NCBI GenBank assembly: GCA_964568965.1
Contig: CAZMSS010000001.1
Location: 1 to 56,420 of the forward strand
Reading direction: 5' to 3'
Length of the DNA stretch: 56,420 nucleotides
From: an uncultured Verrucomicrobiota bacterium
Lineage (GTDB): Bacteria; Verrucomicrobiota; Kiritimatiellia; CAIKKV01; CAITUY01
The notes beneath the pieces were generated by a model, which saw nothing but the letters and a program-made list of their open reading frames with translations, was not told the origin of the DNA and did no database searches. The position numbers and the translations under genes were made by a program. Of the stretch, positions 1-9,508 are shown in pieces. How positions within the stretch are numbered: position 1 is the first letter of the stretch; every line of letters starts with the position of its first letter.

Positions 1-67
1 ATATGGGCATAAGACCTTCCCGAAAATTGGGTAGACCGCCCTTAGGCCAGTGATTACCAACCGCAAT

Positions 68-1006
68 TTATTCCTTTGCCGGAACACTGCCGTCTTTGAC
101 CTTCCATGCCATGTTCATCTGGTCGGGGTTGAAAGGGGCCGGGGCCTCGCCACCGGCTGCGTAGAGGTAGAGAGCTCCCATGTACACCTGGCCTGCAACA
201 TTGAGCAGGTACATGAAGAACACCAGACCCAGGAACCAGATGACGGAGCCAATCCCCAGGAACCAGAAGTTATGGAGGACGATGCTCAGGACGGTCGAGA
301 TGGCCAATATGAGGATGGATCCCAGGATCACGAGAAGTCCTCCGAACTGGATCCCCAGATAACCAAGCAGGGATTCCCCCCATGTCCGCTTGAGCAGCAT
401 CGCCGACGTCTTGAGGAACTCCACCGGATTGGCCTTTTCCTCCTCAATGACGATAGCAGGAATGACAAAGACGGATGCCACACTCCAGGCCAGGCCGATC
501 AACCGGATGATCCAGCGACCGATGAACCCTACCCGCTCCTCCAGCCCCTTGATGATGAGACCAACCAGTCCGGCGAACAACGACCAGGCAATGATGGCTT
601 TCCAGCGAGCCGAGGCCACCCGCAAACCGCCGGAGACTGACACCGGCCGCCCCCGCAAGGCGTTGAGTATCTGACTGTAGAAAGCCACATTGAAGAATGT
701 GGCCAGAAATGTCGAGACCAGGTAGATGCCGGCCAGCAGTGCATACCCGGCAGGGTTAACACTAACATTCTTCCCCTCCGCATCCCAGGCTACCCAACGG
801 TGGGCGACCGTTTGCCAGTGTGCCGATTCAGTATAACCATGGCCCGTATGCCACAGGGCGATGGGGGCAATGACAAACAGTGAGATGACCACCATCAGAA
901 TGGTGATGACTATGGGAAACAGGAGCAATTTCCTGTTACTGCCCACCACGCTGACTGAACATTTCAGCAATTCCCAACTTCTTATGAATCTACTCATCTT
1001 TTCCAC
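68..1006 (-). CDS. Polytopic membrane protein of unknown function (DUF6159-like from memory only)
   Basis: The 312-aa ORF starts MSRFIRSWELLKCS and has at least 6 hydrophobic helices, for example LLLFPIVITILMVVISLFVIAPIAL, IIAWSLFAGLVGLII and GGLLVILGSILILAISTVLSIVL. The plus-strand ORFs over it (50..640 and others) are low-complexity shadows. The true start may be Met4 at 997. Confidence 0.6.
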   Translation of the reverse strand: MEKMSRFIRSWELLKCSVSVVGSNRKLLLFPIVITILMVVISLFVIAPIALWHTGHGYTESAHWQTVAHRWVAWDAEGKNVSVNPAGYALLAGIYLVSTFLATFFNVAFYSQILNALRGRPVSVSGGLRVASARWKAIIAWSLFAGLVGLIIKGLEERVGFIGRWIIRLIGLAWSVASVFVIPAIVIEEEKANPVEFLKTSAMLLKRTWGESLLGYLGIQFGGLLVILGSILILAISTVLSIVLHNFWFLGIGSVIWFLGLVFFMYLLNVAGQVYMGALYLYAAGGEAPAPFNPDQMNMAWKVKDGSVPAKE

Positions 1007-1287
1007 CTTTCTCCGGGCTTCACACCATTCAGGAAATGTTTCGTCAATCGTAACTGTCGAAACTCATTGCTCAGTCGGATTCTCCTCCTCCGGGAGGGAT
1101 TGTCAAGGGGGAGGGGCGTTTTTCAGTCTGAATGGAACTGGATATGGCCACCGACGCCCCCCGGTCCCTCCACACGGCCCGAACGAGGTGGCTGAGGGTG
1201 TGCAGTACTGCGCGCGCTGTCTGATTGCCGTGGTATTCTGGACAAAGGGCTGGCACCAGCCCGTCACGAATCAGTCCGTGTGGGCGA

Positions 1288-2229
1288 TCAGTTGCTCCTG
1301 TATTCCGTTTTTCTGTCCTGCCTGCGGGCAAGTTCGCTGGTGTAGTGAAGACCGAGACTGTCAGCTCGTTCGATGGCCCAATCGGTCAGTCGCGTGGTGC
1401 CGACGGGCGGAGAGTCAACAAACAGGAGATTGTCCATCAGGCCCCTGATTTCTTCCCGGGTGATCATCACGTCACCCAGGAGTTTCCCGATGATCCACCC
1501 GACGGCATAACCAGCAGCTTGAGGTACTGAAACAATGGGCCGCTTCTTTCCAATGATCTTCCCGATTGCCTCAGCCAATCCCCTGTATGTGAAAGTCTCG
1601 GGACCGATGGCGTTGAGGGTGGTGTTGCCTGTGTGCTTGCCCTGTTCCACGGCAAGTTGGGCAAGGTCATCAACATGGATGGGCTGAAGTTTGTACTGTC
1701 CGTCCCCGAAGACTCCGAATACGGGGAGATGACGCAAGGCCCATGCGATGTTGTTCACCAGGATATCTTCTTTCCCGAAAAGAACGGTTGGCCGGAGAAT
1801 CGCATGGGAGAGACCACTCTCGCGAAGGGATCGTTCCAGCCGTGCCTTCCCTCTGAAGTACTCCAGCGGCGAGTCCTCTGAAGGGTTGGTTATGCTGACA
1901 TGCACCACTCGGCTCACTCCCGCTATTTTCGCTGCCTGGAACAATGTCTCCGTGTTCCTCACGGCATCCGCTTGGGTGAAGTCGCCATGGTTGAACCGAA
2001 CCCAGTACGTATTGTACAGCACGGAAACTCCCCGGAGTGACTCTGCGAGTATTCCCGGAGAGTCGAAATTGAATGGCAGAACCCGGACTCGATCACCGAA
2101 GGGATTTCTCCGGTGAAGTGAGTTCGTGAGTGTGATCACATTTTTCCCCTCAGCCAGAAGACGCTGGGCGATATACTTGCCCGAGTATCCGAAGGCCCCG
2201 GTTACAGCATGTATGTTGTCCTGACGCAT
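1288..2229 (-). CDS. Atypical SDR / NmrA-like NAD(P)-binding protein (epimerase/dehydratase family)
   Basis: The N-terminal Rossmann motif is VTGAFGYSGKYIAQRLL (GxxGxxG type). Length is about 310 aa. Its ATG overlaps the stop of the upstream SGNH gene by 1 nt (TAATG at 2227-2231). Confidence 0.75.
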   Translation of the reverse strand: MRQDNIHAVTGAFGYSGKYIAQRLLAEGKNVITLTNSLHRRNPFGDRVRVLPFNFDSPGILAESLRGVSVLYNTYWVRFNHGDFTQADAVRNTETLFQAAKIAGVSRVVHVSITNPSEDSPLEYFRGKARLERSLRESGLSHAILRPTVLFGKEDILVNNIAWALRHLPVFGVFGDGQYKLQPIHVDDLAQLAVEQGKHTGNTTLNAIGPETFTYRGLAEAIGKIIGKKRPIVSVPQAAGYAVGWIIGKLLGDVMITREEIRGLMDNLLFVDSPPVGTTRLTDWAIERADSLGLHYTSELARRQDRKTEYRSN

Positions 2230-3350
2230 TATTTCCGGTCAACCCCCGGATTCACAACAATTTCCTTAAATGACGGCAAAGCAGCCTTGAATAGCGCCTG
2301 ATGACCCGCTGCTGTTGGATGCTGGCCGTCACAGGTGTCGAACGATACATGCCCCAGATCGACGAGGCAGGCGTTCTCATCCTTGGAAGTGTTCTTGTAG
2401 CTGTTAAAGGCCCGGGTCACTTCGGCACGCGCCCGGCCGGACACCGGGATCATCACGTATATCTTAGCGGCTTGGCCGGCCCGATTGCGCAACGTGATGA
2501 GCGCCTCGGTCACCGCCGTTTCGGCCGGTGCCCCGTTCTCGCCCAGATTGACCAACACGACATCGGGTGATGGATTTAACTTCCCACCCAGCAACCGACT
2601 TTCCGTCGATGTCCTCTGATCGATCAGCATTTTAAGCGCGGGCACCCCGGCCATTCCCCCGCCCCAGTTATAGCCCCCGTAAGCAATCCTGGATTCCCGA
2701 TAACCAAAATGTCGGGCGAGAAGATAGCCGTAACTCGCGCGTCCGTCCTCTGACGCCGCCCAGGCATCATCCGGCGGCCGCCCTTGTCCTTTCGCGTATG
2801 CGGCACCATCGCCCGACATGATCGAATCACCGATGTTCAACCAAACCCTGTCGGGGAGCCTGGCGGGCACGACAGAACCGCCCGCATCCACGACAAAGCC
2901 GCAGACCTTGAGTGCATTACCCGGTACCTCACCGTTGAAGCGATCCTCGAAAGGAGACATCCCCTTGAGATACAACTCGATCGTCGGATCCTCGATTCCC
3001 GAAGACAACAACACGGATTTTTCATTTGCAGCGAGTTGATGGGTTTGCGGAATGCCTCCGTTTACCGACCACGCGATAATCGGAAAACGCGAAGGAACCT
3101 TGGTGGTCAAGTGGTCGGTGGCCACCTGCAACGCCACCTGCCGGGTGCCCTTGAACGTCAGCGTAATGGACGCCCCATTAACCGTTGAGTTAATCGAATC
3201 GCTCTTACACACCCAATTGTAAGGGGAAAACCCCTTAGACACATTGCTGTCCGTGACCGGGATCACGGCTCCCATTAGGACCGCACCCTGTGCAAGCACT
3301 CCGCAAATAGTCGTCATGCTGATATGTCGAATCATGGTTTTCATGTTCAT
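2229..3350 (-). CDS. Secreted SGNH/GDSL-family hydrolase (carbohydrate esterase-like) with an N-terminal beta-sandwich module
   Basis: SGNH blocks are visible: NIGDSIMSGDG (block I Ser), NLGENG (block III) and DGQHPTAAGH (block V DxxH). The signal-peptide-like N-terminus is MNMKTMIRHISMTTICGVLAQGAVLMGAV. I trimmed the start to the ATG at 3350, which has AAGGA upstream; the track ORF extends to 3407. Confidence 0.8.
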   Translation of the reverse strand: MNMKTMIRHISMTTICGVLAQGAVLMGAVIPVTDSNVSKGFSPYNWVCKSDSINSTVNGASITLTFKGTRQVALQVATDHLTTKVPSRFPIIAWSVNGGIPQTHQLAANEKSVLLSSGIEDPTIELYLKGMSPFEDRFNGEVPGNALKVCGFVVDAGGSVVPARLPDRVWLNIGDSIMSGDGAAYAKGQGRPPDDAWAASEDGRASYGYLLARHFGYRESRIAYGGYNWGGGMAGVPALKMLIDQRTSTESRLLGGKLNPSPDVVLVNLGENGAPAETAVTEALITLRNRAGQAAKIYVMIPVSGRARAEVTRAFNSYKNTSKDENACLVDLGHVSFDTCDGQHPTAAGHQALFKAALPSFKEIVVNPGVDRK

Positions 3351-3772
3351 CTTTTCCTTATACAGATATCTTCCTGTGACCTGCGGTCCGCAACCCGCAA
3401 GATCCATTCAGTTTCAGCGATAAGCTTTTATCCCTTCTGACAGGACTCTCAAGCCCTTTCTTGGCTCCGACACCGGCTCTCTGGTTTCTGAAGCAGTGGA
3501 TCCGGCCCGTCCATTGCGCGCCACACCGATTCAAAACCGAAAGTACACAAGGCGTGGCCCTTGACATTGCCGGGGAATGTGAGACGCTTTCAAATATTCT
3601 GAAACGGCTTATTCAGGTTATCCACCTGATCTGGAAACCAGTTCAAACTCCTGAGGACACGCAACGCATATGGCACAAGAAGTCTTCTTCAGCTATCACA
3701 ATGGATCCGATAAATAGCGGGCATACAGGATTTGCAACAAATACAAGGGCCAGGCCTTGGTGCTGAACCGTA

Positions 3773-6700
3773 ATGAACAAGGGAAGAAGGGGAATGAGGT
3801 TTAAGATGAAGTATTATACACCGTGGTTTGTGTTGGCCGTGGCGATAGAACTTGTCTGGCCGGGGGCTGGTCAGGCCGCACCTGAAGGGAGCGCAAAGGG
3901 TGGCGTTCTGCCCGTCACCAAAGACCTGGTCTGCTGGTATGATGCGGCTGTCGGCGTCACCACGGGATCCAATGGGGTGATCCAGACCTGGGCCGACTTG
4001 TCGGGCAACAATCACTACGGTACGCGAGCCTCCGGTGCGCCGGTCCTCGCCTTGAACCAGGTTAATTCCAGGCCCGCGGTCCAGTTCAGGACAGCGTCCG
4101 GGGCCTGCGGATTTAACGTGGACGGACCGTTCTTCGTGGAGCAGCAATACCTCGTGGTGCGCTCGCCGCATGACAAATGGAACAACGACGGTTGCTTTCT
4201 CGGCCGGAGATGGGGACGGAGCTCATGCTACAGGCTCGGAAGGAACTCCTCAGGGTTCTGGCAGGACCAGTTCCCGGAGGCGGTCTCAAAGAATGGGAAA
4301 AAACTTAGGGATCGCCCGTTTGACATGGCACCTATCACCGAATACATGGTCCTCAAGATTGATGTGAACGATGGGGACATGAGCCGGAATACCTACCAGA
4401 TAGGCATTGGGGATCTCGCCTCCTGCGACTTTGATGTTGCCGAAATCATTGGCTATGCCAGCTCCCTGTCATCCAATGAAGAGGCAGCGGTGGGCCTCTA
4501 TCTGGCAACCAAATACGGGATCAGCACGTCGTATGCCGCTCCCTCGAGCGGGGTTCCGCTTAGCGTTCCGGTCGTCCCTCGCGTTTCAGCCAAGTCATCC
4601 AGCCAGGCGGTGACGGATACCAAGCCGGCTCTTCTGGTAACCAATGGCCTAGTCTGCTGGTTTGATGCATCTTCAGGCATCACGACAGGCAGCAACGGGG
4701 TTGTACAGACCTGGAATGACCTGTCGGGCAATGCTCATCACGCCACCCCCGGGGGCAGTGCGCCGGCGCTTGCCTTGAACCAGATCAATTCGAAACCAGT
4801 GGTCCAGTTCAGGAACAACTGGCTCGCCCTTGCGGGAACGTTCTTTGCCAAGGAGCACTACATCGTGCTGCGCTCGCCGGTCGACAAGTGGAGTGGCCCC
4901 GGAAGCTTTCTCGGCCGCCTCAAGGGGCGGGGTTCAAGCTATAATACCTGGGCCGGAGACACCGGATTCTGGACGGATCAATCCCCGGTTGCTGTTACCA
5001 GGAATGGGACCGTGCTCCCGGGAATCGGGTTCGATTGTTCGCCGATCACCAATTACATGGTACTCAAGATTGATGTGAATGATCACAGCACAAATGCGGC
5101 CAGCTACGCGATCGGGAATAACGACGGTATGGCCGGGTGTAATTTTGACGTTGCCGAGATACTCGGGTACCAGTCCATGTTGTCACCTCTCGAGGAGGAA
5201 TCGGTGGGTGCCTACCTGGCGGCCAAATACGGGATCAGCACGGCGTATCGACCGCTTCCCCGGACAGGGGGCGGGCCGGTTACCCCTGCGTCGGTTCAAT
5301 ACAAACGCTGGCAACATTCCGGATCCCTCTTCCTCCTGACCACCCCGGAAGGCGCGAACCTGGAGGCATCGGCCTCTGAAGATAACTTCCCGGTTCTGGT
5401 CCGGTTGAGCAAGGACTGGTTCAATTTCAGCGAGGCGAAAGGCGGGGGAGCGGATATCCGTTTTGCCACCGCCGCTGATATCCCGCTGGCCTTCCAGATC
5501 GATGAATGGGATGCGGCCGCCGGAACGGCCCTCATCTGGGTGCGGGTGCCGTTGATCAAGGGCAACGCGCGGCAGGAGCTGAAAATGTACTGGGGGAAAG
5601 CCGACGCCGCCAGCGAATCCAGCGGACCAGCGGTGTTTAACAGATCCAATGGCTATCTCAGCGTGTGGCACATGAACGATACTGTGAAGGATGATGCCGG
5701 CACGCTTGACTCAACGGATGTGGACACCTCCTCTTCTTCCGGAATGATCGGCATGAGCCGGCATTTTTCGGGTGGCAAGGGGATCAGTTGCGGCAATAAA
5801 ATCACAACCTATCCGTTCGCCTCCAGCCCCCATACGTCCGAGGCCTGGTTCAAGGGGGAGAAATTAAACAAACCCATTCTCGTCTGGGGCAAGCATGACA
5901 TGGTGAATTTACAGTTCCTGAGCACGCCGCCCCATGTTGCTGCAGGGGGCGTTCACGGAACCAGCGTGCTTCAGAAATCCGGGTGGTTTCATGTCGTTTA
6001 CACCTATAACGGCCAGAGTGGCCAGATCTATGTCAATGGGCAGTCTGACGTCCCGGCTCCCGTGCCGGACCAGATGGACATCCTGACGCCGGTGTCGCTG
6101 GGGATCGGCGGCGGTTTCATTGGTGACATCGACGAGGTGCGGGTTTCCCGGTGGGCGCGCTCCTCCAACTGGGTGAAACTCCAATACGAAAACCAGAAAC
6201 CCCTGCAAATGCTGGTGGGGCCCCTGGTGCAATCAGGCAAGGGGTTTTCGGTTTCAGAGAAGAAGATCACACTGCTGGAAGGTAAAAGCATCGTGATCAA
6301 GGGCCGTGCCGGTGGTGCGATGAAGGTTTATTGGATCGTTAAGAGCGGCGGGGTGGAAACGATAGCCGCCGTGGATCAGTTCAATTTCACGGTGGAGGCC
6401 GGCCGGGTGACCGGGGACCAAACGTATACCCTGCAGTTCAAAGCGGTCTATCCTGACGGAGTGAAGACCCAGGATATTCCCGTCACGGTGCGGGAAGATA
6501 TTCCGGACCCGGTATTCACCCTGAAGGCTCCGGCGAAGTGGGATGGCCGCGAGACAGTGGAAGTGGTCCCTCAGATCGACAATCTGCCGGCCATGCAGGC
6601 GAAGCATGCCGGTGAACTGAAATACGAGTGGACCGTTACGCCCATGGTGGAGGCCAAGGAGATTGTGTCGGGGAAACTGATCCTCAAGAGGGCGCGAAAT

Positions 6701-8143
6701 AGCGGGACGATGCCCGTGACCGTCGCGGTCAGTAACGGTGGAAAGCCGGTCGCGCAGACGATGCAGATCGTGGTCAGGGAACCTGCGAAAGATGCATGGG
6801 TGCAGCGTATTCCCGGCAAGGACGAGAAACCCCTCAACAACCAGTTCTATGCCCGTGACGACAAGAATGAGGGCACGCTCTACTACAACGGCATATTGAG
6901 CAATGCCGCTGATACGGTTTTCCTGAAGGTCTATGCCGACGACAAACTTGTGAAAACCGAAAGCCAGAAGCTCACGGCGGACAAAGCCTATGCGTTTTCA
7001 GCCAAGCTCAAGCCCGGCCTGATCAAGTACAAGGTGGAGTTCGGTTCCAAAAACGGGGATGCCGAGACGATACTGCAGACCGTCACCAATCTTGTGTGTG
7101 GCGATGCCTACCTGATCAACGGCCAATCGAATGCGTTGGCCGTTGATTGGGGGCCGGGCGAACATCCTGACACGAGCGAGTGGATCCGCAGTTTCGGCGA
7201 CAACGGCGGCGACACCATCAGCGGGTGGGGCAATGCCGTCCGCCGCCAGGGCGGGCACTGGCAGATCGGATGCTGGGGAATGGATCTTGCCAAGCTCCTC
7301 GTGGACAAGGAGAAGATCCCGATCTGCATTATGAACGGGGCGGTCGGTGGCACGCTGATCGAGGCTCACACTAGAAACCTGACTAATTCCGTTGAAAAGG
7401 CGTCGATCTATGGGCGACTGCTGAATCGTATCGAGAAGGCGGGGCTCACCCACGGGATCCGTGGCGCCTTCTGGCACCAGGGCGAGTGCAACCAGAGCAA
7501 TTGGGGTGAGACGGGCGGCTATGGGTGGGAATCGTACGAGACGTTGTTCCTGGAAATAGCGGCGGCCTGGAAGCAGGATTATCCCAATATCCAGCATTAC
7601 TATCTATTCCAGATCTGGCCGAACTCGTGCTCCATTGGAGGTAACCGGCACAGCGACAAGCTGCGAGATGTGCAGAGGATCCTGCCGCGGCTCTTCTCCA
7701 ATATGACGCCGATATCGACCCTGGGGATCAAGCCGGAAGGGCCCTGCCATTTCCCGCCGGCGGGCTATGCGGAATTGGCCCGGCAACTACTTCCCGTGGT
7801 TGAGCAATACAACTATGGAAAAGAACCCGCCAAACCTGTCACAGCTGCCGACCTGAAGAAGGCTTACTACACGAGTGCCTCGAAAGACGAGATCGCCCTG
7901 GAGTTCGACCAGCCGATGGTGTGGAGCGATGCCCTGGCCAGCCAGTTCTACCTGGACGGGAAAGAGGGGCGGGTCGCGGCGGGTGACGCGTCCGGCAAGG
8001 TAATTAAACTCAAGCTGGCTTCTGCCGAGACCGCGAAAACAATCAGCTATCTCGCCGACCGGAAATGGGACTCCAAAAACCTGCTCAACGGACAGAACGG
8101 GATTGCCGCACTCACCTTCTTTGAAGTGCCTCTCGATTTTTAA
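3773..8143 (+). CDS. 1456-aa secreted multidomain protein: 2x LamG-like repeat, DUF2341-like, LamG, Ig-like repeats and a C-terminal SASA-type (sialate O-acetylesterase-like) esterase domain
   Basis: A signal peptide is present (YYTPWFVLAVAIELVWPGAGQAAPEG). The DUF2341-like stretch reads DIRFATAADIPLAFQIDEWDAAAGTALIWVRVP...MYWGKA. The LamG motif reads GDIDEVRVSRWARSSNWVKLQYENQ. The SASA motifs are LINGQSNA (Ser codon at 7127-7129) and FWHQGECN. The start may be Met8 or Met12 (3794 or 3806). Confidence 0.85.
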   Translation: MNKGRRGMRFKMKYYTPWFVLAVAIELVWPGAGQAAPEGSAKGGVLPVTKDLVCWYDAAVGVTTGSNGVIQTWADLSGNNHYGTRASGAPVLALNQVNSRPAVQFRTASGACGFNVDGPFFVEQQYLVVRSPHDKWNNDGCFLGRRWGRSSCYRLGRNSSGFWQDQFPEAVSKNGKKLRDRPFDMAPITEYMVLKIDVNDGDMSRNTYQIGIGDLASCDFDVAEIIGYASSLSSNEEAAVGLYLATKYGISTSYAAPSSGVPLSVPVVPRVSAKSSSQAVTDTKPALLVTNGLVCWFDASSGITTGSNGVVQTWNDLSGNAHHATPGGSAPALALNQINSKPVVQFRNNWLALAGTFFAKEHYIVLRSPVDKWSGPGSFLGRLKGRGSSYNTWAGDTGFWTDQSPVAVTRNGTVLPGIGFDCSPITNYMVLKIDVNDHSTNAASYAIGNNDGMAGCNFDVAEILGYQSMLSPLEEESVGAYLAAKYGISTAYRPLPRTGGGPVTPASVQYKRWQHSGSLFLLTTPEGANLEASASEDNFPVLVRLSKDWFNFSEAKGGGADIRFATAADIPLAFQIDEWDAAAGTALIWVRVPLIKGNARQELKMYWGKADAASESSGPAVFNRSNGYLSVWHMNDTVKDDAGTLDSTDVDTSSSSGMIGMSRHFSGGKGISCGNKITTYPFASSPHTSEAWFKGEKLNKPILVWGKHDMVNLQFLSTPPHVAAGGVHGTSVLQKSGWFHVVYTYNGQSGQIYVNGQSDVPAPVPDQMDILTPVSLGIGGGFIGDIDEVRVSRWARSSNWVKLQYENQKPLQMLVGPLVQSGKGFSVSEKKITLLEGKSIVIKGRAGGAMKVYWIVKSGGVETIAAVDQFNFTVEAGRVTGDQTYTLQFKAVYPDGVKTQDIPVTVREDIPDPVFTLKAPAKWDGRETVEVVPQIDNLPAMQAKHAGELKYEWTVTPMVEAKEIVSGKLILKRARNSGTMPVTVAVSNGGKPVAQTMQIVVREPAKDAWVQRIPGKDEKPLNNQFYARDDKNEGTLYYNGILSNAADTVFLKVYADDKLVKTESQKLTADKAYAFSAKLKPGLIKYKVEFGSKNGDAETILQTVTNLVCGDAYLINGQSNALAVDWGPGEHPDTSEWIRSFGDNGGDTISGWGNAVRRQGGHWQIGCWGMDLAKLLVDKEKIPICIMNGAVGGTLIEAHTRNLTNSVEKASIYGRLLNRIEKAGLTHGIRGAFWHQGECNQSNWGETGGYGWESYETLFLEIAAAWKQDYPNIQHYYLFQIWPNSCSIGGNRHSDKLRDVQRILPRLFSNMTPISTLGIKPEGPCHFPPAGYAELARQLLPVVEQYNYGKEPAKPVTAADLKKAYYTSASKDEIALEFDQPMVWSDALASQFYLDGKEGRVAAGDASGKVIKLKLASAETAKTISYLADRKWDSKNLLNGQNGIAALTFFEVPLDF
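3905..4534 (+). repeat. Intragenic tandem duplication, copy 1 (LamG-like module, aa ~45-254)
   Basis: The peptide LVCWYDAAVGVTTGSNGVIQTWADLSGNNHYG...PVLALNQVNSRPAVQFR...YMVLKIDVND...CDFDVAEIIGYASSLSSNEEAAVGLYLATKYGIST recurs in copy 2. Confidence 0.85.
4628..5248 (+). repeat. Intragenic tandem duplication, copy 2 (LamG-like module, aa ~286-492)
   Basis: The peptide is LVCWFDASSGITTGSNGVVQTWNDLSGNAHHA...PALALNQINSKPVVQFR...YMVLKIDVND...CNFDVAEILGYQSMLSPLEEESVGAYLAAKYGIST. It is colinear with copy 1. Confidence 0.85.
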
Positions 8144-8261
8144 AGGGGGCAAAATTCATCAAGCTTGAACTCGAGGCCGTTTTTTGGGACTCTTATAAAG
8201 ATGACGGATGTTATTCAGGAGTTTCAGTCAACCGTCACCAGATACAGATTCTTTCATAACT

Positions 8262-8579
8262 ATGACCATTAAAAGCAAACGCATCCACCTGATTGAGCGG
8301 AGTGACGGGATCAAACGGGTTGAGAATCAGGTATGGGAAAGCGGGTATTGGCTGTTGCCTGAACCCAAGGCCAAGCAGTTGCTGAACGGATCGGTGCTCT
8401 TTCACAAGAAACGTAATGAGCCCTCCTATTTCGGCGGCATCATCCTGAATTACCGCATTCAGGATACGGGCAAGTGGAAAGGGCGGGTCATCTTCACTTT
8501 CGAGTACCGGGCTGACCATCGGATGGCGTTGGCGCAGGGGGGGTGGAGCAAGGACATGAAGGTTGTGTTCAAGGAGTGA
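8262..8579 (+). CDS. Small hypothetical protein (105 aa)
   Basis: The ORF is trimmed to MTIKSKRIHLIERSDG. Its stop overlaps the rsgA start (TGATG at 8577-8581). No motif is recognisable. By eye it is less GC-rich than its neighbours. Confidence 0.45.
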   Translation: MTIKSKRIHLIERSDGIKRVENQVWESGYWLLPEPKAKQLLNGSVLFHKKRNEPSYFGGIILNYRIQDTGKWKGRVIFTFEYRADHRMALAQGGWSKDMKVVFKE

Positions 8580-9505
8580 TGGCCTTTACATCGACTCCCC
8601 CAGCCAGTGCCCTGCTTCACGGGCGTATTGTTGCGGCCTATGGGCGGCAGTATGAAGTGCGGATAGACGGACGCCTCCCCGGCAACAACCTGTTGATGTG
8701 TTTCCCCCGGGGCAAGAAAAGCCTCTATGCCTGTGGCGACGAGGTCGAGGTGGAAGCCTCGGGTGAGACCCAGGGCGTCATCGTGGCCCTCACTCCCCGC
8801 CGCAGCCTGCTCCACCGTGCCGATTCCTTTAAGGAAAAACTGATTGCCGCCAATGTTACGCAGGTGGTGATGGTGGCGGCGACGGAGCCGGGGTTCAGCG
8901 ATGAGCTGCTGATGCGCTGCCTCTGTGCGGTTGAATCCCAGGGCATCGAGGGAGTGATTGTGCTCAACAAGTGCGACCTTTCCACTCATCTTCAGCGCGG
9001 TCGGGATTTGCTGGCCCCCTTTGCAAGGCTGGGGCATCCCGTGCTCGAGGTGAGCGCACAGGAGGGCGATCTTGAGGAGCTGCGCCGGCGCCTGTCCGGC
9101 CATGTCTCGCTGCTCGTCGGCCAGTCCGGCATGGGTAAGACAACCCTGACCAATGTCCTGGTGCCCGAAGCCGCGGCCAGGACGGGGATCGTGTCGGAAG
9201 CGCTCGGCAGCGGCATGCATACCACGACCCATGCCCGATGGTATGACCTTCCCGGTGGCGGGGCGTTGATTGATAGTCCCGGCCTGCAGGCCTTCGGCCT
9301 CACGCACTTGTCGCGCGAGCAGCTTGCGGAGGGGTTCCGGGAACTGAAGCCGCTGCGCGGTCAGTGCCGGTTTCGTGACTGCCGGCATGACCGCGAGCCC
9401 CAGTGCGCCTTTCGTGCCGCACTGGCTTCAGGCGTAATTGACGCCCGGCGGTTTCAGGTCTTTATGACCCTCCTCGCCGAAGACGACAAGAAGCCGAAAT
9501 ACTGA
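8579..9505 (+). CDS. rsgA: Ribosome small-subunit-dependent GTPase A
   Basis: The GTPase motifs are circularly permuted: LNKCDL (G4) precedes GQSGMGKTTLTN (P-loop). The C-terminal zinc-finger motif is CRFRDCRHDREPQCA. The N-terminal OB-like region reads GRIVAAYGRQYEV. Confidence 0.9.
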   Translation: MAFTSTPPASALLHGRIVAAYGRQYEVRIDGRLPGNNLLMCFPRGKKSLYACGDEVEVEASGETQGVIVALTPRRSLLHRADSFKEKLIAANVTQVVMVAATEPGFSDELLMRCLCAVESQGIEGVIVLNKCDLSTHLQRGRDLLAPFARLGHPVLEVSAQEGDLEELRRRLSGHVSLLVGQSGMGKTTLTNVLVPEAAARTGIVSEALGSGMHTTTHARWYDLPGGGALIDSPGLQAFGLTHLSREQLAEGFRELKPLRGQCRFRDCRHDREPQCAFRAALASGVIDARRFQVFMTLLAEDDKKPKY

Positions 9506-9508
9506 TCA

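Noticed and set aside
1007-1287. Possible intrinsic terminator or hairpin around CTCCTCCTCCGGGAGGGA...GGGGGAGGGGCGTTTTT
   Set aside because: The arms are only imperfectly complementary, and the T-run is on the plus strand while both flanking genes are on the minus strand. This does not support a terminator call.
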